A DNA stretch of 64,000 nt, taken from the NCBI GenBank assembly GCA_963791045.1, contig CAWBQK010000004.1, positions 32,001 through 96,000 of the forward strand, written 5' to 3'. The notes under the pieces are model-generated. The model was not told the DNA's origin, made no database searches, and was given only the letters and a program-made list of their open reading frames with translations. Below, one piece after another: positions 38,815 to 49,679 of the stretch. Numbering within the stretch: position 1 is the stretch's first letter; each line of letters begins with the position of its first letter. Made by a program: the position numbers and the translations under genes. The DNA comes from Candidatus Latescibacterota bacterium (lineage in GTDB: Bacteria; Krumholzibacteriota; Krumholzibacteriia; WVZY01).

Positions 38815-40974
38815 TCAACCTCCGTACTGGAGATCGAACTCGGTGAGCAATTTGCGGAACGTTTCGGACTCTCTAATACCGTCAAAATCGGGATCGCCTT
38901 CGATCCACTCGCGAACGTTTTTGTATCCGCTGCTCAGTGTTTTGCCCAGACACTCGCACGCTTTGTTTTCGTCTCCGAGCAGCGCATACGTCGCGGCACA
39001 GTTGTAAAGTACCAGCCCGTCCTTCGGGTTCAAATCGAGAATCCGCCCAAGGGCGTCATACGCTTTTTCCCGATCTCCAAAGAGGGTGTAAATCACACAA
39101 AAACGGCTGAGGGTCAATGGATCGTCCGGGATGATTTGAAGTGTCTTGAGACCAACCTCAAGAAATCTTTTGGCCGAATCGTTCGCTGCGGTGACGTCAC
39201 CCCGCCGCCGATGCGTCATATTGATATAAAGCCAGGGCTCGACACTACACGGTTTGATCTCGGCGCTTTCTTTATACCTTGCGAGCGCCGTGTCGAAGTC
39301 GCCCGTTACATCCGCGACGATACCCAGCCAGCGGTAGGCTTCGTAACACCGAGGCTTCTCCTGTGTAATGCGTTCGAAAGCTTCACGCGCTTCGGTGTAT
39401 TGCTTGCGGTAAAAACAAACAACGCCGAGACTGAAACGGGCAAGCGCAAGCCCGGGGTCGAGATCGAGCGCCCGTTGCGCGGCCTCGGACACACGGTCGA
39501 GCCAGAAATCGGACCCGTCGTAGTACGCGTACATATCCGTGTAAGCTTCGGCAAGATTCGCGAGCGAGAGCGCGAACGACGGATCGCTCGCCGCCGCGAA
39601 TTCATACATTCGGATTGCAGCTTCAGCGTTTTGAACGCCACCCGTCGACATAAACTCTCTGCCCCGCATGTAAAAATCGTATGCAACGGGATCGGTTGTC
39701 GGGTGTTTCGAGAAAACCTCCCGTTCCGCGTCACTGACGTGAAAACAGAGAGCATCAACCACTTCCGACGCCAGCGTCATTTGCAGCTCGATAATGTTGT
39801 CGAGTGTTCCATCGAACCGGGAGTTCCAGGTTTCGACACCGGTATTCACATCTATGATCTGAGCGTCTACTCGAATTTCATCACCCGACGTCCGTACCGA
39901 CCCCCGCAAGACAGAATCAACTCCCATGCACCGGCCCAGCTCGCGCGGATCGACATCCCTGCCGCGACACGTAAGCGAGTCGTGTTTTGACGCGAGTATG
40001 AGTTCATCGAAGCCCGACAGTCTGGATATCAAGTTCTCGGTCAGTCCCGTCGCAAGGTAGCTCTTGTCCGGGTCGCTACCCGCACAGGCAAGGTAAAGAA
40101 CCATCAGCGAAACCCGCGTCACCGTTTCCTCGGCGTTCAAAAACCCGTCGCGGGGACTGTCATCGGTTGGGCCCTCCGGACCCACACCCGCCACCACCCC
40201 GCCGGTTTCTGATTTCAAACGCTCTACGACATCGGCGACCGACCCGGGACGGTCGGAAGGATTTTTGTTCAATAGCTCGTTGGAAAGTTGAGCGAGGGAG
40301 AGTTCGTCGCCGCTGCGAACTCCCGCGGGAACCGGTGGCCTCGCATTGAACACATCGTGCGCGAGCGTTGCAGGATCTTGTCCCCGGAATGGAAGCGAGC
40401 CGGTGAGCCACTCGTATAGAATCACGCCTACCGACCACAGATCTGAGCGTTCATCGATCTCGCGTCCCTGAATCGCTTCGGGCGACATGTACGCAAGATC
40501 ATATATCGAATGTGCCAGTGCCGGTGTGCCATGCATAAAGCGTCCCATGCCAAACCAGTACACCTTCAGCCCCCCACTTTCCGTCCGTGAAATCACCCGC
40601 GGGCAGAGGCCTCCGTGCAACACGCCATTTTCATACGCCGCGCCGAGCCCGGCGAGCAGCTCTTCGAGATCGCCAACAGGTTCTTCCCCGCCATCGATAG
40701 GGACCCCGTACGCCTCGCATGAGACGAGCACATGGTCATCCGCCTCTTCCACGCCGTACACCGCCGCGACATTTCGATGGCTCATCGCGGAAATGGTCAA
40801 CATGTCCCTGATGAATTGCTGTTTGTCATTCTCGGTAAGAAAAACAGAGGTGGGAATCAAACGGAGCGTCACCGCCCTGCCGTCGGACACGTCTGTCGCA
40901 CGACGGACTGAACCTGCGTAGTCCTTGTAGATCTCTTGTTCGAGTTGAAAGTGAGAGAGTCTCTCACCGGTCAT
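38815..40974 (-). CDS. Ser/Thr kinase-like (pseudokinase) + TolB_N-like + TPR protein
   Basis: YMSPE, RSDLWSVGVILYE (kinase C-lobe); YLATGLTENLI..LRGSVR (TolB_N-like); TPRs; C-terminal YNCAATYA..DPDFDGIR. Confidence 0.85.
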   Translation of the reverse strand: MTGERLSHFQLEQEIYKDYAGSVRRATDVSDGRAVTLRLIPTSVFLTENDKQQFIRDMLTISAMSHRNVAAVYGVEEADDHVLVSCEAYGVPIDGGEEPVGDLEELLAGLGAAYENGVLHGGLCPRVISRTESGGLKVYWFGMGRFMHGTPALAHSIYDLAYMSPEAIQGREIDERSDLWSVGVILYEWLTGSLPFRGQDPATLAHDVFNARPPVPAGVRSGDELSLAQLSNELLNKNPSDRPGSVADVVERLKSETGGVVAGVGPEGPTDDSPRDGFLNAEETVTRVSLMVLYLACAGSDPDKSYLATGLTENLISRLSGFDELILASKHDSLTCRGRDVDPRELGRCMGVDSVLRGSVRTSGDEIRVDAQIIDVNTGVETWNSRFDGTLDNIIELQMTLASEVVDALCFHVSDAEREVFSKHPTTDPVAYDFYMRGREFMSTGGVQNAEAAIRMYEFAAASDPSFALSLANLAEAYTDMYAYYDGSDFWLDRVSEAAQRALDLDPGLALARFSLGVVCFYRKQYTEAREAFERITQEKPRCYEAYRWLGIVADVTGDFDTALARYKESAEIKPCSVEPWLYINMTHRRRGDVTAANDSAKRFLEVGLKTLQIIPDDPLTLSRFCVIYTLFGDREKAYDALGRILDLNPKDGLVLYNCAATYALLGDENKACECLGKTLSSGYKNVREWIEGDPDFDGIRESETFRKLLTEFDLQYGG

Positions 40975-42332
40975 GATTCGACCCGCTTGATAACAACGAG
41001 AGTGAGGTCATCGGCCTGAGGGGCATCCCCCGCAAACTCCTGGACGGCCTCGACGATGTGCTCGATAATGGCGACCGCCGGCTCCGTCTTGTGCTTTTCG
41101 ATTACGTCTTCCAGCCGGTTCTCGCCAAATTGATTTTCATTGATGTCGAACGCTTCCGTGATCCCATCGGAGAAGATTACGAGAAGGTCGCCCGAGCCAA
41201 TCGGCACGATTTCCTCTTCGAAGGGAAAGTTGTCGACGACTCCAAGAACGGTTCCGCCGGTGGAAAGGCGACTATCCCCGTTTTGAAGCGTGTTCAAATA
41301 CGGATTTTCATGCCCGGCGTTGGAGAACGTTAGGTTGTGTTGGTCGAGATCGAGCACGCCATAAAAGAGGGTGGCGAATTTCTCGGGGTCGGTACTCCGG
41401 TACAGCAATTCATTCGCGCGGTTCATCCTCAGGCTTACCGGCACGTCATGGAGGGTTTGCCCACGCAGCGTCGCCTGCAGGTTGGCCATCAAAAGAGACG
41501 CCGGCAATCCCTTGCCCGACACGTCGCCGAGACACAACGCCAACTTATTATCGGACATCGGAATAAAATCGAAATAATCGCCGCCCACCATCTGTGCCGG
41601 GATGCTCCTGCCGGAGATGTCGTAACCATCGATCTGAGGGGCCGAATCGGGCAAGAGATCGAGCTGGATTCTCGAGGCAAGTCTGACCTCTTCCTGCATT
41701 CTGATGTAAGCCTGTTGTTCCTCGTAGAGCCTGGCATTCTCGATTACCTGCGCGGATTGCATTGCGATAATCGCCAACAACCTCTGGTCTTCCTCGGTGA
41801 AACCACCGCCGCCCTTTTTGTTGTAGGCCGTCAGAACACCTTTGAGTTCCGATTTGACCATGAGCGGAACGCAAAGAATCGAGTTAATCGATTCGTCCCA
41901 AGTAATTCCGCGAAACCGCTCGTCGGCGCCGGGCGAGTTGGAAAGAAGCGCCTTTTTGTTCAGATGCATCCACCCGAGCAGGTTCTGGCTAAGATGGAAC
42001 TGCTCATGCTCCGACGATGTAACCATCGCCCGCACTAGTGTTTTCATGGGTTCGAGCGACTGCTCGCTGACCATCGTGATCACGGCCTGTTCGGCGTAGA
42101 CCGATTTCAACGACCGGCGGATAATCCGATCCATGATCCCCTGCGAGTCCCGGGACGCTCCGATCTCGCGGGCCAGCTCGTTGAGCATTGAGAGCTCTTC
42201 CAGGGCACGCGTCAACCGGATGTTTTCCTGTTTGAGGGCCTCGACGGCGGCGGGAATCACCGGCGCATCCGCGGTATCAGGCTTGGATGAAAACGCCTGG
42301 GATATTTGCCCAAAAAACCTCTTCTTCGCCAT
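40971..42332 (-). CDS. GAF + SpoIIE/PP2C phosphatase (RsbU-like)
   Basis: ILCVPL..FTEED GAF motifs; VGGDYFD, GDVSGKG, NAGH, FSDGITEA, DDLT; likely start MAKKRFF. Confidence 0.92.
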   Translation of the reverse strand: MAKKRFFGQISQAFSSKPDTADAPVIPAAVEALKQENIRLTRALEELSMLNELAREIGASRDSQGIMDRIIRRSLKSVYAEQAVITMVSEQSLEPMKTLVRAMVTSSEHEQFHLSQNLLGWMHLNKKALLSNSPGADERFRGITWDESINSILCVPLMVKSELKGVLTAYNKKGGGGFTEEDQRLLAIIAMQSAQVIENARLYEEQQAYIRMQEEVRLASRIQLDLLPDSAPQIDGYDISGRSIPAQMVGGDYFDFIPMSDNKLALCLGDVSGKGLPASLLMANLQATLRGQTLHDVPVSLRMNRANELLYRSTDPEKFATLFYGVLDLDQHNLTFSNAGHENPYLNTLQNGDSRLSTGGTVLGVVDNFPFEEEIVPIGSGDLLVIFSDGITEAFDINENQFGENRLEDVIEKHKTEPAVAIIEHIVEAVQEFAGDAPQADDLTLVVIKRVES

Positions 42333-42693
42333 GATCCCCCGATTCAACTCGTTGTCATTTAATTTGTGGATAAAGACTTGCCGGCATTGTGCCGGAACGT
42401 CGCACGTCAATCCTACCGGAACACCTCGATCTGGTCAACCCGGTAAGCACAAGGTGGCATATGTGCCGTAATTCAAGATAGTTAAGGAGCCGTCCCTGGG
42501 GCAATTGTTTTTGACCGCGATCAAAAATCAAATTGCCACAGACGACGTATCTCCTTTAATATCTGACGCCTAACTACACAGCGACCCGATCGCCCCAAAC
42601 TCGCCCCCCCGTGGGGCTGGACCCTTGGTGCGAACTTTGCGTCTCAAAGGCTTGTGTTTGTCCTATTTGTAACCGATTTCGAATAGTTTATTC

Positions 42694-43677
42694 ATGAAAC
42701 GTAAGCTCCTCATCGGGTCGATTGTCAGCGGATTCTTCCTCTATCTCGCAATGCGGGACATCGAGTGGGGCGTCCTGTGGGGTGTGCTCGAACAGACACG
42801 CCCGTTGTACCTGATTCCCGCCGTGGTATTCACGCTGCTCGGGCACTATTTCCGAGCGTACCGCTGGAAGTTTATGCTGCTCCCCATCAAATCGATCAGC
42901 ACGTGGAATCTTTTCTCCGCCACCTCTATCGGTTTTATGGCGAACAACCTGCTCCCCGCGCGTCTTGGCGAGATCGTCCGTGCCTACACGGTGGGGCGCC
43001 GGGAACAGATAAGCATTTCCGCCGCTTTTGCGACGATCGTGTACGAACGCATCGTCGATGTTTTTTCTCTCATCGTTTGTTTGTGGGTGACCCTCTCGAA
43101 GGTCCCCGGACCCGAGTGGCTTCGGACCAGCGCCATGTGGCTGATCGTTCTCAATGTCGCGCTCTTCGTCGTCATGTTTTTGATGGAACGCTACCAGCAC
43201 CTCGTAAAAACCATTGTGACGAGAATCGCGAGACCACTGCCGGAACGTTGGCAGTCGAAGATTCACAGGTGGACCGAGGCATTTCTCGGCGGGCTCGCCG
43301 TGATGAGCAAGGCACACACGCTGATTCCAATAACGCTTGCGTCTTTCCCCGTGTGGATCTTCGCGATGCTCGGGATCTATTTCAGCTTTGGCGCGCTAAA
43401 CATGGAGGTCCCGCTTTTCGCGAGCCTCACACTCATCGTTCTCGTCGCGATGGGATCCATGATTCCTTCCGCGCCCGCTTATCTGGGAACCACCCAGTAC
43501 GCGTGTATTGTGGGCCTGAGTTTTTACGGGATAGCCAAGAGCGAAGCGCTCGCCTTATCGCTTCTGTATCATGCGACGCAATTCTTCCCGATTACACTCG
43601 TCGGTTTTTACTTTTTATGGAAATCAGAAATCAAGTTCGGAGATATATCGAAAGGCGGCCGCAAGGACGATGCGTGA
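42694..43677 (+). CDS. Flippase-like membrane protein (lysylphosphatidylglycerol synthase TM family)
   Basis: RAYRW, NNLLPARLGE, ERIVD, PSAPAYLG. Confidence 0.85.
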   Translation: MKRKLLIGSIVSGFFLYLAMRDIEWGVLWGVLEQTRPLYLIPAVVFTLLGHYFRAYRWKFMLLPIKSISTWNLFSATSIGFMANNLLPARLGEIVRAYTVGRREQISISAAFATIVYERIVDVFSLIVCLWVTLSKVPGPEWLRTSAMWLIVLNVALFVVMFLMERYQHLVKTIVTRIARPLPERWQSKIHRWTEAFLGGLAVMSKAHTLIPITLASFPVWIFAMLGIYFSFGALNMEVPLFASLTLIVLVAMGSMIPSAPAYLGTTQYACIVGLSFYGIAKSEALALSLLYHATQFFPITLVGFYFLWKSEIKFGDISKGGRKDDA

Positions 43678-44464
43678 TTTTTCACTGGATATGTTAAGGG
43701 AGCTCCTTCTCGCGTTCAAACGCGAGGGGTATAAATTTGTTCGCTTCGAACACTACTGGAATAACAAGGCAACGTTTGATGCGGCCGACAAAACCGTGTT
43801 GTTCAGGCACGACGTCGATCGCTTCCCCGGTACGGCGCTTGCCACGGCAAAGGTCGAGTCGGAGATCGGCATCGCGGGTACCTATTTTTTTCGTGTCAAA
43901 CCACACACGTTCGACGAATCGATCATGAAGGAAATCGCCACCCTGGGTCATGAAATCGGCTACCACTACGAGAATCTCGCCGACGCCGGCGGCGACTTTG
44001 ACCAGGCGCGCGTTCTTTTTGAAGATTGTCTTGGCCGTCTCCGCGCGGTCTATCCCGTCGTGTCTGCATCGATGCACTCACGGGCGTTGTCGAAATGGGA
44101 CAACAGAACATTTTGGGACAAGTTTTCACTCGACGAGTTCGGTCTCGGCGGAGAATCCTACCGGTCCATCGACCACAATCATTATATGTATCTGGCCGAT
44201 TCGGGGAGGGACTGGAACGCGGATCGAAACGTTGTCTGGGACACCGTCGACGGCATTCAACCGCCGCGAATGGAACGGGGAACCCGCGGTCTCATTGACG
44301 AGATATCCACAAACCAGCGAATCGGAAGCGCGCAGCTTCTCATTCATCCCAACAGGTGGCCCGGCTCTTACTCCGGATATCTCGCACAGACCGGAATGGA
44401 CGCGATGATAAATATCGCCAAGACAATCATCAAATCATTAAGACGACCGGGAGAGAGGAAATAA
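43670..44464 (+). CDS. Polysaccharide deacetylase-like protein
   Basis: FRHDVD, GHEIGYHYE, YLADSG, LIHP; start MRDFSL overlaps the upstream stop. Confidence 0.75.
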   Translation: MRDFSLDMLRELLLAFKREGYKFVRFEHYWNNKATFDAADKTVLFRHDVDRFPGTALATAKVESEIGIAGTYFFRVKPHTFDESIMKEIATLGHEIGYHYENLADAGGDFDQARVLFEDCLGRLRAVYPVVSASMHSRALSKWDNRTFWDKFSLDEFGLGGESYRSIDHNHYMYLADSGRDWNADRNVVWDTVDGIQPPRMERGTRGLIDEISTNQRIGSAQLLIHPNRWPGSYSGYLAQTGMDAMINIAKTIIKSLRRPGERK

Positions 44465-44467
44465 GAA

Positions 44468-45574
44468 ATGGAATACCGGGAGTACCGTCAGGGGGACGAG
44501 GGTGAACTGAACGATTTGTATAATATCGTGTTTGAGCGCGACCGTACAATCGACCAGTGGAAATGGGAATACATCGACACACCGGGACGTCCGTCGAAGA
44601 TCGTTGTCGTCGAAGATGAAGGCAAAGTAATCGCACATGAGGCGATGATCCCGATGCTGTTTCACGTATTCGATCGCGAAGTTCTTGGCGGCAAGATAGA
44701 AGACGCATACATCGACAAGAAATATCGCGGGCAAAAGCTTTTTGGCCCGCTCACCGAATACTGTATCGATGTCAGCGTCAAGGACGGTTACGAAATCACA
44801 TTCGGCCTCACCGCCCGCCCCGTAAATTACCAGCTTCATGTGACCCGCGGGTATCACCACATCTGCTCGCTCAACGCGTTTTTTGCCGTATTCGCCCCGG
44901 GCGCCGTCACGGATGACATTTCGCGTGTCATTGGTGCGTCATCGCTCAAAAAAACCGCCATGCGCACAGTTCTGAGTGTGCTGTCCAAAAGATTTAAAAC
45001 CAGGATCGCCCAGAATGCGGACAAACCCGACAGCTGTCGTATCGAACGAATTGAAAGGTTCGACGAACGATTTGACAGATTGTGGGAGGAGTTCATCGCC
45101 GCGAAAAAGACAATCACGCTCAAACGATCAAGCGATTTCCTCAACTGGCGATACGTGGACATTCCATACCGCGACTACGCAATATTTGCCGCGGTCGAAG
45201 GCGAGCGCGTCCTCGGATACCTCATAGCCGGCGCAGTCAACCGGCCGGACGAAGGAATCGAGGTTTTACTCGGAACAACGCCTGATTTTCTGGTCCTCCC
45301 GGGACACGAATCGGTGTACGAGCCTCTGGTCCGTCACGCCGTCGAATACTGGCGCTCGCAGAACGTTTCAATGGTCATTAGCTGGGTCCACCGCGACAGC
45401 GAGTTCGCGCGGCCGCTCGTCAGTGAACTCAAACGTATCGGATTGGTTTCATCCTTCGGACGTTATGACATTCCGGTTCTCGTCTTGAGACTCGCAGGTG
45501 ATTTCGATAAAGAGTCGTTTTACGCTGAAAGCGGCTGGCACGTGACCCAGGCTTTTGGAGGGTGTTGGGTGTGA
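44468..45574 (+). CDS. GNAT-family N-acetyltransferase
   Basis: WKWEY..P, YRGQKLF acetyl-CoA loop, FLNWRY..P. Confidence 0.8.
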   Translation: MEYREYRQGDEGELNDLYNIVFERDRTIDQWKWEYIDTPGRPSKIVVVEDEGKVIAHEAMIPMLFHVFDREVLGGKIEDAYIDKKYRGQKLFGPLTEYCIDVSVKDGYEITFGLTARPVNYQLHVTRGYHHICSLNAFFAVFAPGAVTDDISRVIGASSLKKTAMRTVLSVLSKRFKTRIAQNADKPDSCRIERIERFDERFDRLWEEFIAAKKTITLKRSSDFLNWRYVDIPYRDYAIFAAVEGERVLGYLIAGAVNRPDEGIEVLLGTTPDFLVLPGHESVYEPLVRHAVEYWRSQNVSMVISWVHRDSEFARPLVSELKRIGLVSSFGRYDIPVLVLRLAGDFDKESFYAESGWHVTQAFGGCWV

Positions 45575-46470
45575 GACCCTGGTTCAGATATCTTGTCTAC
45601 GCCTCACTGGCATTCCTCGTCGTCGCGCTTTACAAGTCCGACTACCTGGTCATGCCTCGGATACACTCGTTCCCCGCTCTCATCGCGTCTTTTTTGTTGT
45701 TGTTCGGCGGCTTTGTCGCGGACGCATTCTCGTGGCGATCGATCCTCGGCCGCACCGGTTATCCGGTATCCCCGCGATCAAGTCTCGCGGCCGTGGGACT
45801 CTCTTCTTTCGCCAAATACATTCCCGGAAAAGTCTGGGCGCTAATGGGCCGTGCCGGCTACGTCGCGGGAAAATACGCCTATCCGCTCGCCACCGTCACT
45901 TCGGCAACGGTTACGTGGCAACTGATCATACTGTGGCTGGGGCTTGTTTTCGGCGCGACCGGACTCTACATCCTCAATTCCCCAATTTTGTGGAGTTGGC
46001 CGATCCTTCTTATGTGGGTGGGTCTCTCGATCGTGATTTTTAGCGACACGGCCCAAAATGTCGCTCAACGCTTGTTGACGCGCATCCTCCGCAAGGAAAT
46101 TCTGATTCCGCGGCTCTCGATGGCCTCCACCCTCAGCGCGCTCCCGTGGTTCGTGATCACCTGGGGCCTGATGATGGCGGGTTTTCACTTGCTCGTCGTC
46201 GCGCTCACCAGCGCCGATGTGCCCTTCAGTGTCGGGCTCGGCTTTCCGTTGTCTATTATTATGGGTATTCTTGCCATAGTCATTCCGGGTGGGCTTGGCG
46301 TACGTGAAGGCGCGATGGTTGGTTACCTGACGCTCGCCGGAGTGCCCATACAGGAAGCAACGGCCATCTCGATCGCCGCGCGTCTGTGGTTTCTGATTGC
46401 CGAGGTGTTCATTTTCCTGGTGGGAATCGCCGCGGATCCAAAGAGTTTCTCCAACCGGCCCCGATTGTAG
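45571..46470 (+). CDS. Flippase-like membrane protein (lysylphosphatidylglycerol synthase domain)
   Basis: KYIPGKVW, PGGLGVRE; GTGA overlap with the GNAT stop. Confidence 0.85.
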   Translation: MRPWFRYLVYASLAFLVVALYKSDYLVMPRIHSFPALIASFLLLFGGFVADAFSWRSILGRTGYPVSPRSSLAAVGLSSFAKYIPGKVWALMGRAGYVAGKYAYPLATVTSATVTWQLIILWLGLVFGATGLYILNSPILWSWPILLMWVGLSIVIFSDTAQNVAQRLLTRILRKEILIPRLSMASTLSALPWFVITWGLMMAGFHLLVVALTSADVPFSVGLGFPLSIIMGILAIVIPGGLGVREGAMVGYLTLAGVPIQEATAISIAARLWFLIAEVFIFLVGIAADPKSFSNRPRL

Positions 46471-46488
46471 CACCGCTCATCACAAATA

Positions 46489-47437
46489 CTAATCGTTGCG
46501 CTGGCGGTTGTAATCCATATCCATCCAGATGGCAAACAGGATCGACTGGAAAGTCGTTATGAGCAGAAATACGAGGAGGATCATCGTCGTCCGCGGCGCC
46601 ACTCCTTCTATCGAGTACATATAGAAGAACCTGACGATAAGCGGAATGATCAGGAAGAAAATATTAAAAACAGCAAAAAGATAAAACAGTACCAGCGGGT
46701 GAAAATCGCGAACGACGTATCGATGCCACAACCGCCGGAAAAACAGTTTGAACAAGAGCCAACTCGTTTTTGGGATGTACTTCCACAGCTTGATCTTGCT
46801 CTTCTCGCGACCGTAAACCGGTCGAACCTCGACATCCGACACCGAGAACCCGCGGATATTCAGCATGGTCAGAATATCGGCATTATATCCGTACCCTTTT
46901 GTCATCTGGGCAATCGGGATATTTCTGAGCACTGAATTCTTTATCACCGTGTATCCGCACTGCGGGTCCATAAGCGAATAGTATCCCGTCGCGAACTTGG
47001 TGAGAATTGTCAGAATGGCGTTGCCGAAAAACCGGTACTTGGGCATAAAATCGATGTTCTGGTGGAGCAGCCGGTTGCCTTTGACATAATCCGAGCCACG
47101 ATCGATCACCTTGTCTGAGAAGTATCGACAGATCGTCGGGGTGCATCTGGTTGTCACCGGCCATTACGGCGGTAATATCGACATCGGACTCCGCACTCGC
47201 CAGGTAACCATCGATGAGTGACTGCCCAAGTCCCTTGTTCTTTTCGTGGTGGATCGGGACCACCCGGGGGTCCTTAAGCGCCTGTTCGTCGAGGAGTTCT
47301 CGTGTCTTATCCTTACTGGCATCGTTGATCACAAAGATTTTGTCGACATAGTCCGGCATCGTGGTCAACGTATCGAGAATCAAAAGCTCCTCGTTGTACG
47401 CCGGCACCACGATTCCGATTTTATGATCCTTGTACAT
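46489..47437 (-). CDS. Glycosyltransferase family 2 (polyprenol-phosphate sugar synthase-like); frameshift at ~47116
   Basis: VVPAYNE, NDASKD, AGDNQM in one frame; KGNR, DPQCGY and C-terminal TM helices in another. Removing one base joins LLDKVID. Confidence 0.85.
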
Positions 47438-47445
47438 ACCAAGCC

Positions 47446-48405
47446 CTACTTTTTCTCGAAGTAATCTCTCGCCCAATCGACGGTCATCTCGAGCCCTTTG
47501 CGGAAGTCCGTGAGAAATTCCATGCCGAGATCTCTCTTGATCTTGGTGTTGTCGATATTGAACACCTTGATGTCACCAACCATCCAGTCATCATAGTTTA
47601 TGACCGGATCCTTCACACCAAGGATATCCGCGACCATATCGGCGAGCTCGGTAATCGTGACCGTGATACCCGACGCACAGTTGTACACTTCACCCGTAGC
47701 GGCCGGGGTTACGGCGGCGAGAAGGTTTGCCCTCACGACATCCTTGACCCAGGTAAACGTCCTCTGCTGGGTCCCGTCGCCATAGATCGTGATCGGTCTT
47801 CCCTCGATCAAACGCCGCGTAAAGATCGACACAACACCGCCTACATCGCTCGACTCCTGCCGCGGACCGTACACGTGAAAGTAGCGGAGTACCGTGGTGT
47901 CGAGGTCATAGAGCAGATTGAAACACTTCGCGTACTTTTCACCGGCGAGTTTGCTCACGCCATAGTACGAAGTCGGCACCAGGGGATGCTTCTCGTCCTG
48001 CGGATAGTACTGCGCCTCGCCGTACACCGAACCGGTCGATATATGGACGAACTTTTTGATCCCGTGATCCCGTGCAAGCTCGAGAAGGTGAAACGTGCCC
48101 TCGGCATTGATTGCGAGATCCCGAGGCGGGTTGCTCAGACAAATAGTCTTCTTCGACGCCGCCTGGTGAAAAATTACTTCCACACCGGGAATGAGTTTTT
48201 CAAGCCCCGCCCTGTCGGTGACGTCGCATTTTTCTTCATGGAAATTCGGATAACTCTTGAGAGCCGCGAGGTTCTCTGGTTTACCGGCAAAATAATCATC
48301 AACACTGATCGTCTCGACGCCCATTTTGACGAGTTCCTCGACGACATGGCTTCCAATAAAACCCGCGCCGCCCGTTACCAGTGCCTTTTTGAACGGAAAA
48401 TCCAT
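47446..48405 (-). CDS. NAD-dependent nucleotide-sugar epimerase/dehydratase
   Basis: TGGAGFIG, YGVSK, YGPRQ, GDGTQQR; GGAGG RBS before MDFPFKK. Confidence 0.92.
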   Translation of the reverse strand: MDFPFKKALVTGGAGFIGSHVVEELVKMGVETISVDDYFAGKPENLAALKSYPNFHEEKCDVTDRAGLEKLIPGVEVIFHQAASKKTICLSNPPRDLAINAEGTFHLLELARDHGIKKFVHISTGSVYGEAQYYPQDEKHPLVPTSYYGVSKLAGEKYAKCFNLLYDLDTTVLRYFHVYGPRQESSDVGGVVSIFTRRLIEGRPITIYGDGTQQRTFTWVKDVVRANLLAAVTPAATGEVYNCASGITVTITELADMVADILGVKDPVINYDDWMVGDIKVFNIDNTKIKRDLGMEFLTDFRKGLEMTVDWARDYFEKK

Positions 48406-48461
48406 TCGACCCTCCACAGATCATGTATGTGCAGCACGGGGCCTCCCGTGCTTTCAAATAA

Positions 48462-49601
48462 TTAACTCGTAAACTCAACGATGGCGTCGACAACCTCACC
48501 AATCATCTCGTCGGTCAGTTCCGGATAGATCGGAACGGCGAGCGTTTCACGCGCGGCGGCCTCACTGTGCGGAAAGTCGCCTTCTTTGTAACCAAGATCG
48601 GCGAAACATTCCTGCATGTGAAACGGAACCGGGTAATAGACCTCGTTCCCGATTCCCTTATCTTTGAGAAAGCCGCGAATATCGTCACGCTTGTCGACAC
48701 GAATAACAAACTGATTGTAAATATGGCGGCGCTCGGGCATCAACTCGGGAAGCACGACACCTTTGACACCGTTCATTTCCTGAAGTCCAACCACGACGCC
48801 CGCGTCCTGGAATTTTTTACGATAAATATCAGCGTTCTTTTGCCGGCCCTCCGTCCATGCGTCGAGACGCGCAAGCTTTACCATCAGCACGGCGGCCTGG
48901 ATGGCGTCCAGTCTGAAGTTGCCCCCGATCATGCTGTGATAGTATTTGGGCTTCCCACCGTGACCACGCATGATCCTGAGTTTATCGGCACGTTCATCGT
49001 CATTCATAACAACCATCCCACCGTCCCCGATTCCACCAAGGTTTTTTGACGGGAAAAAGCTGAAACAGCCGTAATGCCCAATCGAACCGGCACGCCGGCC
49101 CTTGTATTCGGCACCGATCGCCTGGGCGCCGTCCTCGATGACGGCGAGATTGTGTTCCGATGCGATCTTCATAATCGGATCCATCTCCGCCACCTGGCCA
49201 TAGAGATGCACGGGGATGATCGCGCGCGTCTTATCGGTGATCGCCGCTTCAATACCGGCGGGATCGATATTGAACGACATCGGATCGATATCTACAAAGA
49301 CGGGTCGCGCACCGGTGCGGCTTACACAGCCGGCCGTCGCAAAAAACGAGTACGGGGTCGTGATCACTTCGTCACCCTCCCCGATCCCCTCGGTCATGAG
49401 CGAAATCAAAAGCGCGTCCGTCCCTGAGGACACGCCCACTGCGTGCTTACTTTTTGAATATTCGGCAACCGCTTCCTCGAGCTCTTTCACCTTCGGCCCC
49501 AGTATGAAGTACTGGGAAACCATCACATCGTCCACCGCCGCCATGACCTCTTCACGAATCGTGGCGTACTGTGCTTTCAGATCCAGCAGAGGTACACTCA
49601 T
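48462..49601 (-). CDS. DegT/DnrJ/EryC1/StrS sugar aminotransferase (WbpE-like)
   Basis: SGTDAL, PVHLYGQ, EDGAQAIG, SFFPSKNLG, NFRLDAIQA. Confidence 0.93.
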   Translation of the reverse strand: MSVPLLDLKAQYATIREEVMAAVDDVMVSQYFILGPKVKELEEAVAEYSKSKHAVGVSSGTDALLISLMTEGIGEGDEVITTPYSFFATAGCVSRTGARPVFVDIDPMSFNIDPAGIEAAITDKTRAIIPVHLYGQVAEMDPIMKIASEHNLAVIEDGAQAIGAEYKGRRAGSIGHYGCFSFFPSKNLGGIGDGGMVVMNDDERADKLRIMRGHGGKPKYYHSMIGGNFRLDAIQAAVLMVKLARLDAWTEGRQKNADIYRKKFQDAGVVVGLQEMNGVKGVVLPELMPERRHIYNQFVIRVDKRDDIRGFLKDKGIGNEVYYPVPFHMQECFADLGYKEGDFPHSEAAARETLAVPIYPELTDEMIGEVVDAIVEFTS

Positions 49602-49679
49602 TTTCTCTTCCTTTTGGAGTTTCTGATTCCGCCGCGTGCAACCGACCGGGCGGATGGGTTTTCGTCAGACAGGCTTTTC

